Positions 24,619-37,435 of a DNA stretch of 64,000 nucleotides are shown here, piece by piece. A program made the position numbers and the translations under genes. A model generated the notes under the pieces. It was given only the letters and a program-made list of their open reading frames with translations, was not told the DNA's origin and did not search any database. How positions within the stretch are numbered: the stretch's first letter is position 1; each line of letters opens with the position of its first letter. This stretch comes from Mobula hypostoma (Eukaryota). The DNA is taken from positions 21,950,001 to 22,014,000 of the forward strand of contig NC_086118.1 of the NCBI RefSeq assembly GCF_963921235.1, written 5' to 3'.

Positions 24619-26469
24619 GTTTGAGCCACTCATTTCAGTCTGCTAAAGCTTAAAGGTCTTGGTTACATTTATAAGAGGCTAGTTTTGATTCTGATTTCAG
24701 TCAGTCTGGAAATATTAAATGGGAATGTTTCCCCTTAGGTTTATTCTCCAGTACTTGCAAAAGTCTTGTGTTATCTTCAGTGGAAGGAGTTTCAACATTA
24801 CAAGTTAAGTTTTCGATGGACTTATCACCAAAACGGAGCATAATTCTTTCCAGAAAGCTTTGAACATTGTCGTGCAGCCAGAGTACATTTGCAGCTTTGC
24901 AGGAATACAACATGAGCAGCACATGAAAATTGAGGCAGAAAATGGTAATGATTATGAAAATGGTAGTTAAATTTCAAAAATCTTCAACAAAATGATATGA
25001 CAATCACACAGAGGCAATTAATGCCTGTTTTTCCACGCCTTTCCTTAAAGTGACAGCTCACGTTGGGCAGTATTCATAAGGTTTTGGTTATTTCCTGGTA
25101 TTTTACCCAGAACATTATTCTGCTGTGCTTAGCACTGGCAGTTAGCAAGACATTCAAATATAGAGACTGTCACAGCTGAGCCCCAGTGTACTTTTCCTGC
25201 AGGGTTGATTAAATATTAATCAGGAGCGTGAACTGCAGTTTATTTTTCCCTTCCCTAATCCAGGGGGACAGAGGGTTACTGTGGCCCCCACGTGGTTGCA
25301 CTGTTATTAGAAAGTTCAGCAAAAGACTACAGGCTGCACTTAGGATTTCTTTGGTTTGAATGGTTCAGCACACCGTGCAGCATATTTGCTTGTGTACCCA
25401 TAACAGGAGGCCATTTTGCTATTGATGTCTGTTTAATATTAAGAGTGCAATGTTTTTAGTAAGCGATAGGTGAATCTAGAATGCACAATGCCTTCCAGTA
25501 ATTAGGTATTAGGTTGTGGTGTCATTGTCAAGACATTTTGTTTTACTTTGTGTCGCATGATTTACAGCTGCATAAGTAAAGCAGACAAACGTAGAAACAA
25601 AATAAGTTTGCTTTCTACTGGCCTTAATTTGATTAAGCCAATATTTCATTGCTCCAGATCGACCTGGTAAAAACAACTGGCCCCACTTCAAGTTTAGCTA
25701 AGTGGTAATTCCTTCAACACTCCCCCCGCCCCCCACCTTATCTCCTCTGAGGTAATTATATGCAGACTGTATCTCCTGTGTGGTAATTACAGTTTCACAT
25801 CATTCCCACAGAGCAGATAATTCAGTGCAGATTAGTGTCAAATAGTCTAACTCATTTTTAACCTTGTTTACATTGGGCCCATTTTCCTGGAAACAAGCCA
25901 ATTATTTAATCCCAGTTTGAAACTAATTTCACTGGTTACTAATACCCTGCCCATGAGACAATCACACCAGAGGACTGCTTTAGGGGAGAGAAAGGCCATT
26001 TGCAGATAATATTTTTAAATAAACCATAAAGCTTTGTAATGTGAGCCACAATGTATGACTTGACATATAACAGTAAGAGTTTTCTTTCGGCCACTTAATA
26101 CGAAACTAAACTAAATATCTACTGATAGATTTCCACTTTCCACATGCAGTACCCAATATCCTCCACCTCTAATTTCCATCACTCAGTCATTTGGTCTTTC
26201 TGTATTGTATTTGAAATCAAATGTCTTAAAAGCATGTGTGTTCCTTCCACCAGATTTTTCCCTACGGATCACAGAGAAAGAGTGGTATTCATTAGTTAAT
26301 TCTTCAGTAACTTTTGAAAGAAAGACGTTAAATGATCCTCCAAGTTAATCACAGAATGGACAGAAAGTGCTGTGTGGCAAAGATTTTTCTTCGAGATTCC
26401 CATACGTTCACAGTTATAATAAGCACCATGAAGACGCAGCTAAGAAATGAAGAGAAAAAACATTGCTTT

Positions 26470-26755
26470 TAAATTACGGTTAGTGTTGTAATTTATGAAG
26501 TGTGGCAGCCAATTTGCACATAGCAAGCTCCCACAAGCAGCTAAATAATTAAAACCTGTCAATTAATTTCAGGGACATACAGGACGTTGAAGGACAAAAA
26601 GAGGCCAGGAAACCTCACCTGCTTTTCTTTTCTGGGGGATAATTTGCAGCCACTTAGGAATACAGATGGAGACCTGGTGTAATGATTTATCCAAAAGACA
26701 GACCTCCAATACTATAGGTCTCTCACAGACCTACATTGACCTTGCATTCAGGCTT
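26470..26755 (-). mobile_element. Deu-domain SINE (SacSINE1/AmnSINE1-like), degenerate
   Basis: GTGGCAGCCAATTTGCACATAGCAAGCTCCCACAAGCAGC is the reverse complement of the Deu-domain core as I recall it (GCTGTTTGTGGGATCTTGCTGTGCGCAAATTGGCTGCC). Confidence 0.65.
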
Positions 26756-27191
26756 CAGAAACACGTCTTGAACTTATAAACCTTTATTGAGAGCCAAGAA
26801 TGCAAAAGAAAGCAGATTTCCCTGTGGAGAATCAAAGATGGAATGGGTAGGAATTTTTCATGAGAAGCAAAAATGCAGCCACTGAGCCACACTGATTTTG
26901 CAATGTAACATTTAATAATGATGTCCTTTTCTTCGCAGCCTTTGCATGTAAGAAGGATTTGTGGTGATGATTTGAAGCACTGATATATTGTATCTTTGAT
27001 GAAAAATTCCTGCCTCTTTCCATCTTTCATTTTCCACAGGGAAATTTGCTTCCTTTTGAATTTTTTTCAAGCTGTGCATACAGTAATCCACGTTTTAAAA
27101 TAGTTACTTCTGAAATGGAATCATCCTCAAAGTTCATATATTTAAGGATTAACATAAAATGTCAAATGTAAAAAATTGACTAATTGATATG

Positions 27192-27284
27192 CAGTACTGC
27201 GCAAAAGACTTAGGTATATATATACCTAAATATATATACATATATATATATAGCTAGGATGCCTCAGATGTTTGCACAGTACTG
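27192..27284. mobile_element. Tc1-type mini-MITE
   Basis: Inverted ends CAGTACTGCGCAAAAGACTTAGG ... CCTCAGATGTTTGCACAGTACTG around a (TA)n core. TA on the right flank. Confidence 0.7.
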
Positions 27285-27376
27285 TAGTAATTTTAAGTAT
27301 TGCATTGCACTGATGCTGCTGCAAAATCAAAATCAAATTTCATGACATATATGAGTGATAATAAGCCTGACTCTGA

Positions 27377-28060
27377 TTAGATTAGTTTATGAGAACACTC
27401 AGTCCTCGTTTACTGTCATTTGGAAATGCATACATGCATTCAGAAATGATACAATGTTTCTCCAGAGTGATATCACAGAAAACAGGACAAACCAAAGACC
27501 AACACTGACAGAACCACATAATTATCAGATACAGTTACAGCAGTGCAAAGCAGTACCATAATTTGATGAAGAACAAACCATTGGCACGGTAAAAAATGTT
27601 TCAAAGTCCCTGAGTCGATCGACTCCCGAGTCCCCGATAGCAGGCGGCAAAAGGGAGAAACACCCAGCCATAAACCTCCAGGCACCGTCAACTTGCTGAT
27701 GCCTTGGAAGCAGCCGACCACAGCCGACACTGAGTCCGTCCGTCTGAAAACTTTGAGCCTCCAACCAGCCCCTCCAATACAGCCTTCCGAGTGCCATCCT
27801 CTGCCGAGCGCCTTCGACCTAGCCCCGGCCGCTGAAACACGCAAAGCCGAGGATTCGGGGCCTTTTGCTCCGGAGATTCCGGTTACCACACAGTAGCAGC
27901 GGCAGCGAAGCGGGCATTTCAGAAGTTTTCCAGCTGTTCCTCCGTACTCTCACGTCTGTCTCCAACAAATCAGAATTGTGCACGGTCCCCTACTTGACAG
28001 ATTACAGATATCATTCACCGGAGAGGCCGCACGCGCTGCCGTAGCATCGCCATCTTCTCC
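27377..28060 (-). mobile_element. Non-coding non-autonomous retroelement with a GGAGAAGATGGCG head (copy 2)
   Basis: Paralog of 23965-24618. Shared block CACACAGTAGCAG(C/T)GGCAGCGAAGCGGGCATTTCAGAA. Confidence 0.8.
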
Positions 28061-28314
28061 ATATGGTTCTCCATTGTGGATTGAGAGTGCGAAGGGGGCA
28101 GGGAGAGGGAATCATGGTTGGGAAAAGAAGGTAGAGGGGAGCGAGTGGGAAGCACCAGAGAGATGTTCTGCAATGATCGTTAAACCGATAATTTGGAATC
28201 AAATGACCTTGCCTAGCATTCCTTCTCCTGCAGCACTCCACCCCCACCATTCCTAACATCGTTTGCCCCCCCAGATTTACTAACTCACTCTGCTCCATGT
28301 TGACAAATACAGAA

Positions 28315-28382
28315 CAGTACAAAGGTCTGAGGCACTTCAGCTATATATAATTATATGTACCTAAGACTTTTGTGTGGTACTG
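28315..28382. mobile_element. Tc1-type mini-MITE (second copy)
   Basis: CAGTAC...AAAGGTCTGAGGCAC ... GTACCTAAGACTTTTGTGTGGTACTG; same ends as 27192-27284. Confidence 0.65.
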
Positions 28383-28809
28383 TTAAAGTAAATCAATCAA
28401 GTGCCAAATTAAAAGGATACAATCAACTTTAATATGTTAGAATATAAAAGCCAAATAGGAATTTTAGAAACATTGTTTTTTTCCTACCAAAACCCACACC
28501 GTTACACAGTTTAGAGCTATTTACTTCAAACTTAATCTGTGTCAGCATAGGCAAATCTAACTTTATGTCTGCTTCCCTGATTCCATATGGAGATGTTTAA
28601 CTCTGCTCAGTAGCACTTGATGGCCCAGTTATGGCTAGGAATTTGCCAGCATGATTTGAAACTTTGGTTTGAATCTAAAATGGCCAATATCAGATCAGTC
28701 ACCTGATCTCTTCTGATTTTCCTTTCCATGGGTTTCAGGTTAAATACATAATCAGAAATGACACTTACTGTAGTACTAAAAGCATGTGTTTTAAAGATGC
28801 AATTCTTTG

Positions 28810-29020
28810 AACACTTCCTCAGGTAGGTGGTAAGAGCCCTGTGAATTGTTCAACAGTGAACAAGGAAATCCTGCTGATGTTCTGACTAAAAGCTATTTCA
28901 ATATTAATAGTAGAAAGTGTTTGTTCACCTAACTGATTGTTATGTGTGGAATTTTCCTGTGCGGAAATTTACTGTTTCCTAAGTGCTTCACACACACCTT
29001 TAGTGCTTTTATTCATGTGG
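28810..29020 (+). mobile_element. Deu-domain SINE remnant
   Basis: CCTCAGGTAGGTGGTAAGAGCCCTGTG...TTGTTATGTGTGGAATTTTCCTGTGCGGAAATT is loosely colinear with the recalled Deu domain. Confidence 0.45.
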
Positions 29021-29051
29021 AAAGAGTGAGAAAAAGCAATGAGGTCTGTGT

Positions 29052-29239
29052 GAGGAACTCAGCAGCTCAGACAGCATCCATGGAAAGGAATAAAGAGTTG
29101 ACATTTCAGACCAAAACCCTTCATCTGATGAACGTCAACTCTGTATTCCTTTCCATAGATGCTGCCTGACCTCCTGAATTCCTCCAGAATATTGAGTGTG
29201 TTGCTTTGAAGTTCCAGCATCTGCAGAATTTCTTGTGTT
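29052..29239. mobile_element. Penelope pLTR-derived hairpin (two inverted arms fused at the hammerhead core)
   Basis: GAGGAACTCAG...GCATCCATGGAAAGGAATA.AGAGTTGAC is mirrored by GTCAACTCTGTATTCCTTTCCATAGATGC...GAATTCCTC. The centre is TTCATCTGATGAA. Confidence 0.85.
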
Positions 29240-29559
29240 CAATATACTGAAACATATTAAGTACATACAGGTTCTTCTCCTGATCTGCCTGCAATCAGTA
29301 ACAGTGGAAAGACTAATGTTTAGGTTCTGCTGTTCACAACCTCAATTCCTCTCAAAGCTAATGAATTTCTGAAGTCAGTAACTTTTTCAAAGGTCCTGTT
29401 TTTCACAAAACAATCTCTTGGAAAAAAAACAAGTGGCCCACAACTCCTTTCCTAATATTGTTGGTTGATGGTTGTATATTGTTTTGAATATTGATGTTGT
29501 TCTTGGGCAGTTTATTTGGTCTTGTGGGTTCTGAGACGGCTAATGAGCCTATGTCAGAA

Positions 29560-30681
29560 CTATAGATTCTTCCATAGATAGGTCGGATGAGTTTATAAGT
29601 AGTTTGTGAGGTGGTCCATTCCCTCCATAGCTTACATTGAAAACAACCAGACACCCAATGCATAGTTGAGATTTTCAAATCCCATCCTGAATGCTTCTTC
29701 TGAACCTTAGGACTAGTCAATTGGAACACTAAATTTCTTCAAGGAAACTTTGAATGCATCCTTTTTTTCTATTCCTCTCTCCACCTCACAATAACAGAGA
29801 TGGAATAAATTATCTGTTTTTGGGAATCTGGAGTCAGGAATGCAAACAATATAACCATCCCAAAAGGAACTGATTGAATGCGTTTGTTGGGAATTATGAC
29901 CTGGGAGAGGGCATTGATGTGGTTTGTTATGAAATTAGAAGCATAGAAACATAGAAAATAGGTGCAGGAGTAGGCCATTCGGCCCTTCGAGCCTGCACCG
30001 CCATTTATTATGATCATGGCTGATCATCCAACTCAGAACCCTGCATCAGCCTTCCCTCCATACCCTCTGATCCCCGTAGCCACAAGGGCCATATCTAACT
30101 CCCTCTTAAATGTAGCCAATGAACTGGCCTCAACTGTTTCCTGTGGCAGAGAATTCCACAGGTTCATCACTCTCTGTGTGAAGAAGTTTTTCCTAATCTC
30201 GGTCCTAAAAGGCTTCCCCTTTATCCTCAAACTGTGACCCCTCGTTCTGGACTTCCCCAACATCGGGAACAATCTTCCTGCATCTAGCCTGTCCAATCCC
30301 TTTAGGATTTTATACGTTTCAATCAGATCCCCCCTCAATCTTCTAAATTCCAACGAGTACAAGCCCAGTTCATCCAGTCTTTCTTCATATGAAAGTCCTG
30401 CCATCCCAGGAATCAATCTGGTGAACCTTCTTTGTACTCTCTCTATGGCAAGGATGTCTTTCCTCAGATTAGGGGACCAAAACTGCACACAATACTCCAG
30501 GTGTGGTCTCACCAACTAAGAGGATTTTGCAGACGAAGATTTGACGGTCTTTTTCTGGTGCCCTGAGGTGCCTGCTGTAGGTAGTACAGGTCTCAGAAGC
30601 GTACAAGAGGGCAGGGCTCATTATTTCTCCAGTATGCCACGTGTTTTGTGCTAGATCTGATGTCTCAATCTTCAAACAACC
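29560..30681 (-). mobile_element. Ancient RTE LINE 3' remnant, interrupted by a CR1
   Basis: PALLYASETCTTYSRHLRA (30516-30681) and, left of the CR1, TNHINALSQ..IP...KQIIYS and DAFKVSLKKF. These are typical RTE post-RT motifs. Confidence 0.75.
29936..30514 (-). mobile_element. Young CR1 3' fragment with an uninterrupted 160-aa ORF2 C-terminus
   Basis: ORF 30033-30515 VRPHLEYCVQFWSP...FFTQRVMNLWNSLP. 3' stem-loop (CGAAGGGCCGAATGGCCT) and (TTTCTATG)n tail. Confidence 0.95.
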
Positions 30682-32049
30682 TTTGAAGTCATGGAACAAT
30701 TTCATCACTCACATTTGTCCATGTTTTCTAATGTTTTGGAGGACAGTACAGTGCAGAATGGATCAGAACCTTTCACCTATGGATGATATTATGCAAGTTA
30801 ATGTGCAGCCCTGTGCCTACACCTCTGCACCAGTTTTATCATATGTTCTAAAACCTCCTTATGAAGGATGGCAACACATCCTGCTTGTTTTTTCTCCAAT
30901 AACATGTCCTTGGATATTAATAATAATAATAATAATAATAACAATAAGTACTTTATTGATCCCAGGTGGGAAATTCTTGTACCACGTTAAAGGTGCTTCA
31001 CTAAGGGAACTAAGCAGTATGCACATAGACATCTGACACGTTCAGTGCCACTACTGGGCTCCTGTGCTTTTGCCTGTCTTTCCTTCTATCTAGCCTAAAG
31101 CAATTCATCAGTTTGGCTATTTTGGAGATTTTGTTAGCAGTAGAATAAGTTACCACATTCTAATTGTTCATTGCACTAATGCTAAAAAAGGCAACTCACA
31201 GAGAATTATTGTTGATGTTCAACAAGCTAAGCAGCCAACTCTTAATCTTCCTGTTTTTAGGCAGTCAACCATTTAAAGAGAAACTGAGGTCAAATTTTTG
31301 ATGATAATTATGTTAGAATTAGAAAAGATACATTGTAAGAATTTGAAAATCAAATAAGGGAATGGTATATCTTTATGTGGAAGACTAGTGTGTTATTTGT
31401 GTTTTGTGTACGATTATTTCTTCAAATATGGCTAAAACAATTAGAATTGAGAGGTTTTGTTTGAGTTCAGTTTTGGAAATTTACATTACACAGGTTTTAG
31501 AATTATCTATGGGATGAGAAACAAGTGTAGTAAAAAATCTATTTCTTTAAATGTAAAACCATGCCTAATCCACTCTATTCAAGTGTTACTGATGGATCCA
31601 GATGCGTACAAGGTACCTGACACCTTTTGTTGCCGTTAGGCCCAGAAGGGGGATTTAATCTCAGGTGGGCTAATGTGATTAGTTTCTGTAATGGAAGATG
31701 GCCTCTTAAGAAACTTTAAGAATTCTTCAGGAAACCAAGACTGATCTTAATCAGTGAAAAGTCCTTATTTCACGGTTGGTTTAATCTGTTAAGACTGACA
31801 CATCCTTTGTGCTGTGGAAAAAAATGAGGGTGGTAGGGTGGAGGGGAAAGGGGGGGGGGACTTCATTTATGCCATTCATTGGAAAGCAACCATCTTGTTT
31901 TCTTTTATTTTGGTGAAATCAAGTTTCAAAAAGGCCTCTGACCTCTGTTCTCTTTGGATCAGCTGAGGGAAATTTTGATGCAGCAAAATTGCCAATGAAT
32001 CTTGATCACTCTACTCACTGCTTAAGAATTCCTTAATTTACATCTCTGC

Positions 32050-33700
32050 CAATATATTTGATCACCATTTCTAATTCTCTCCCTTCCTGGCCTCAAAATC
32101 TTCCTTTAGCAATTGGTGAGGTACCATTTTGTTTCATCAAAATGCTGAAACAACACGAGCTGCTGATTCCTTTCTTGATTTCTGTAATAAAGGTAGATCA
32201 AACAGAAGGATGAAAATAGAGGCAATATTGCAGTTGATAATTTTCCACCAGGACAACATTCTTCCTAATTGTTTTTACTTCTATTAGTGTTGGTTTGTTT
32301 GTTTGCATGGCTACTACAATTGGTAGGTTCGTTTTTTGACCATTATGGAAGACAACATTTAGTATTTGACCTTGAGTTTTCAGTGTCTCTACAGGATATG
32401 TCTTCAATGTCCTTCTTGATGAACTCCAGGATGTGTGTATCTCTGCCCATGGTAAGTGAGCAGTCAGCAGCCTTATTGGTTCGTATCAATATACTGGTCA
32501 TAAACTTCTACTTTAGAATAAGAATCATTGCATTTACCATTGCTGTCACAGTGCTCAACAGCCTTAATATCATAGAGGCTTCTGTTATGAGGCTTCCGGT
32601 CATGTCTTGCCTTTGAAAACAATTTACTGATATTATTCTTGCTGAGCCTTTGCTTTGCAGTTGAATCATTCACTGTCCTTCACATGATGGATAGCTTCCC
32701 TTTACACTGGCAGAAGTACTTACTGCCAGTCTTGCATGCATACCAAACTCACTTACATAATTCAGCCTTAATATTGGAACTCCTGCCTTTGTTAATGCCA
32801 TTTCTCCATGCACATCGGTATTATTATTAATTTTTGTTATCATTTTAGGAAATAATGTCACTGGAAATTTTACATGCATTAATCAGATTTAAATCTCATA
32901 TTTAATAATTGTGATTCAATTTGCTTATCTGATAACTGACACAAACTTATTCCACATGGCCAGATCCGGGAAGACACTGATGTTGTGACAAATTCTTCGA
33001 AACTGCTGTTAGCGTCCCGTCTCCTTTGGCTTCTGATTCTGAATTTTAGATTTTCACAAAGGTACTAGACTAAAATAATTCAACAATCAACAATCAGCAA
33101 TCATACCTGGACAACATTGTCGTAAGGAACGATAAATAGAAAACATCCCACGATCTATGTGGCTTCATTTTGAACCATCACACCTATATCTGCCTCTGAA
33201 TTTCAAATATGTTGCTCACCATGAAGAACATCATGATATCATACTTTGCAGGATATCATACTTTGTTTGACTTTTATTGTGCTTGCACTTACATTCATAA
33301 CTCCTTGTCTCCTGAAAACTGTTTTATCTCAAGTCCCATCACGTCAAGACTGCACTTTGAACTCACTATGACTAATTGTGAGTTTTCAGATTCCTACCCT
33401 AATGAGTATATGAGTGCACAGGGTATTTGACTATTTCATTGCAGGAAGCTTCAGTTCTTTATGGTCCTCATCACCAGTGTAATGTGGATTCTAAGCCAAT
33501 TGTGAAAAGGAGAAATTGGAAGCAGAATACTACATCACAGATTTCTAAAATCTATGCTTTATTTATTCACTGTTATTAGACTGAATGGATGCACAGGACA
33601 ATATAGACGTGATCAATAATGCCAACCAGTGAAATCACATTATGATGAATACCAACAGTCTAACTATTTACAATGGTAGATTGTTCATCTTCTCTGGACA
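32050..33700. mobile_element. Very old Gypsy LTR-retrotransposon internal remnant (gag/protease on minus, RT/RNaseH-like on plus)
   Basis: ORF 32198-32407 LKTYPVETLKTQGQI...NGQKTNLPIVVA...PTLI resembles a Gypsy protease C-terminus. Degenerate CCHC knuckle (YFCQCKG) near 32700. Plus-strand YLDNIVV near 33105. Confidence 0.45.
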
Positions 33701-35730
33701 AATGATAATGATTGTCTTCTACCTCATCTCTGATACCTTTGATCAGCAGATCACTGGAACGTCTAGTTGAGAAAGGAGACCATACTCACGAACATTTCAG
33801 AATCACGCACTTCTGTTATCTCTCACTATTTCTCTAACTGCCAAAATCTGCTAGTTACAAAGTAGAGTTCATGTTATCACTGCCTGCATCATACCTTCAT
33901 ATTGCTTCCCAGGTAGATCATCAGCTTTAACTGTAAGTTCATCTGTGTGACAAATATTTCGTTTTCTTAACTAGTTCTTGACCAGTAATGGAAAACAAAT
34001 TAAACTGCAGATGCTGGAATCTGAAACAAGAAAAGAAATTATACAAACATATGCGAGGGTTGCTAACCAAAATATTGACTAGTTTCTCTTTCCACACAAA
34101 TTGTTTCACTGGCTGAGTTCTTTCAGTATTTCCATTCTAGTATCTTGTCCAACATTATCAGCTGCTCTGCATAGATCAGCTACAATTATTTCAAATTATC
34201 TGCTATTAAAATGTTTTAAATTTGACTTGGTATCTTCAGTCCTACTGAAGTATGAGTATGTCTTAAGACGAATTGTACTTCAAAACAAAAGTTGAAGGTC
34301 TGCTGTATATATCACTGCCAGTAATCAAGTAATTTGCTGCTCTGCGAATATTCATTAATATAACTTGATTATTTGAGATCATCATGAAATATTGTTGATT
34401 ACAGCTATTTCCGTTCTTAGCATGGATCATAATACAGTCAGTTCTGTTCCTTTGGGTGGTATCAATATCAATGCTACATACTTTCCCTCTCTGGGAGGCA
34501 GGTTGGCCCTGGTACTATTACTCCAGATGCTCTGGGTTTGAACCTATAATTGGCCTTGGGAGTTGCTGCATGTGATATTATGTATTATTATTGCAAGAAT
34601 GTTGTGGAGAATAATTAATCTTCCGACTATAGGAAGGATTTGTGCCACTTGCTCTCATGTGGGGCTTACGTGACTCTTCTCGGCAATTTCTTGGTCATTT
34701 TTGTTGCCATCATTACTAAGGTTGCAGTATTGCAATCCTGGTCAGAGATGAGACTCTTGCCACCTAAATCAGTTTGTCATTTAAACCACATTATCATCTA
34801 TTTCACAATGCATGGTTTAAGAATTCACCTTGCAGCGATGTTTAGCTGAACTGACGAAAGCTGCTAAATAGTCGCTGACAGTTTCTCATGCATTTTTACT
34901 GCTTGTACTGAACTTGTAAATCCCTTCTATTTCAGTTGTCTGTGGATTAAAATAATCCTGTAATTCCAATACTACTTCCATGAGTTTGAACAACTTCCTC
35001 TGCAGCTACCAGATACGCAAATGTAAGGGGCATAAAGAACTCCTACGCTCAATTGCACATGCCTAGGTTGTCAATACTGCTGTCTGAGCACGTCCTATTT
35101 CCTGCCTGAAGAATGGTGTTGCAGTGCTGAGGAATTCTCTACTCAGTAGTCACCCTTGTCTGTTTAGTTCTCCCATTATCAGCATTTCTATCCCTGCCAA
35201 ATACGACTGTTAACTCATTTCCCCAATTGCCACAGGTTTACCAACCCTCTGTGAACCTAGAAAACTTGGCTCATGCTGTTTCGAAGACCTGTATTCAATG
35301 ATGCTTAATAGGTACTATGAAGAGATTCTTCAAAACTGTTTTGTTTTTGAGCTGATATACTGTATGTTGAATGCTCTCTGTATCCTTGTCAAAGATTGCA
35401 GTGGTTGGAGCTGGTCTGTGAGCCGAACTTGTAATAATGGTATTTACAAACTACACTCATCTCCAGGAGTCACTAAGAGTCTCAGAATATGATAATGTAC
35501 ATTATTACTAACAATAGCTAACATCTATGCTGGAAATGCATCCCACTTACATATTTGTGAATAAATATACTGTACCAGAAAGTGGAAGTGAAAATGGACA
35601 GTGTAATCAGTATCTTTGTAATATTTATGTAATAACTGATGAACAATTAAAGCTGCCCATTATGTTTTCTTCATTGGTTGTGGAAGACAGCTCTGTTTAC
35701 TTTCTGCGAATTGAATTAGTTCTGTAATGT

Positions 35731-36680
35731 ACACGAGAAATTCTGCAGATGCTGGAAATCTAAAGCAACACACACACAAAGTGCTGGAGGAACTCAACAG
35801 GTCGGGCAGCATCTACGGAAATAAACAGTTGACGTTTCAGGCCGAGATCCTTTTTCAGGACTCAAAAGGAAAGGGGAAGACACTACAATAAAAAGGTGGG
35901 GGGAGGGAAGGAGGATAGCTCCATGGTCATAGGCAATGCCAAGTGGGGGGGGGAAAGTAGAAGTATTGGAGAAGAAGGAATCTGATGGGAGAGAGAGTGG
36001 ACCATAGGAGAAAGGGAAGAAGGACAGGGAACCATTGGAGATGATAGGCAAGCGAGAAGAGGTAAGAGGCTGGAGTGGGAAATAGAAGAAGGCAGGAGGG
36101 AAAGGGAGACTCTTTTTTTACCAGAATAAGAAATCGTTATTCATGCCATCTGGTTGGAGGCTACCCAGACGAAATATAAGGTGTTGCTCCTCCACCCTGA
36201 GGGTGGCCTCATTTTGGTACAAGAGGAGACCATGAACCAACATATTGGAATGGGAATGGGAACTGGAATTAAAACATTTGCCCACTGGGAAGTTCCGCTT
36301 TTGGCGGATGGAGCAGATGTGCTCGATGAAGCGTCTCCCAATTTACGATGGGTCTCACCAGTGTATAGGAAGCTGCATCAGGAGCACCGGACGCAATAAA
36401 TTACCCCAGCAGATTCACAGGTAAGTGTTGCCTCACATGGAAGGACTGTTTGGGGCCCTGAATGGAGGTGAGGGGGGAGGTGAAAGGCCAGGTGTAGCAC
36501 TTCGGCTGCTTACAGGGATAAGTACAGTAGCCAGAGGGAGACTAGTGGAGAGAGACAAATGGACGAGGGAATCAGGAAGTGAGCAATCCCTATGAAAAGC
36601 GGAGGGAGGGAAAGAAAAGATGTGTTCGGTGGTAGGATCCTTCTGGAGATAACGGAAGTTGCAGAGAATGATATGTTCCA
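35731..36680 (-). mobile_element. Penelope-like element 3' fragment (GIY-YIG region plus pLTR)
   Basis: Colinear with 10801-11491, with frameshifts. Hammerhead remnant AGTCCTGAAAAAGGATCTCGGCCTGAAACGTCAACTG at ~35826-35862. Confidence 0.9.
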
Positions 36681-37435
36681 TTATACACAAACTTTGTGAC
36701 GATAGGAGTTTAGCTTAAACTGAAATTGTATTTTTGCAGCACACTGATGCTAAATCACATACGATGTTTGGATGGGATCATCCAGCTTAACTGGTGATAA
36801 TAGTCCTGGATCAACTGTCCTACAGCAGCACGACTGCGGCAGTGTGAGTAAAACTTAAAGATAAAGATAGGGCACTAAATCTCCAGATGAACTAAAATTG
36901 TATAAAGTTTCCAAAATTAAATTCTTGTGCCTCTGGCGATTTTCTAACACATTCTGTAATTCTACCACGTTACTAACATTTATATTTAAGCTTGCCATTA
37001 ATCCTCTTAAATAAATTTTAACTCTCTGGTGGATTAGTCAGTTTCTCCAGTGAGTAAGTGAGTAACCAATATCAAGAGACTTCCAGGTTTAATCTCTGCC
37101 CAGGCTACATCAGCTGATCTTCGTAGGAGTGCAAACCTGTTCCTACAGTGTTTCCTCAAATGAGATATTTAAGTGCCGATGACTGAGGTTATGCAGTAAG
37201 ATCAAGTATATCGCCTGTCAAAGTCATAATGCCAGATGTACCAGTGGAACATCTATATTTTGCTTTTTTGTTAAATATAGTCAGCTAGATCAATATGGAC
37301 GAGTATTTGTTTTTTTTCGAATTTCTCTGCTTGAATAATTATTTAATTAATTTGAAATTCGCTGCACATAATATTATAATTATATATTGATTATTTCCAT
37401 GATAATTTACTTCAAATAAGTTCAGTGCAGTCCTT

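Noticed and set aside
24151..27896. Overlapping 60-138 aa ORFs in the two GC-rich elements
   Set aside because: Frames are not maintained between the two paralogs, as expected for GC-rich non-coding repeats.
34490..34575. tRNA-like A/B-box sequence
   Set aside because: No cloverleaf can be formed; at most a decayed SINE head.
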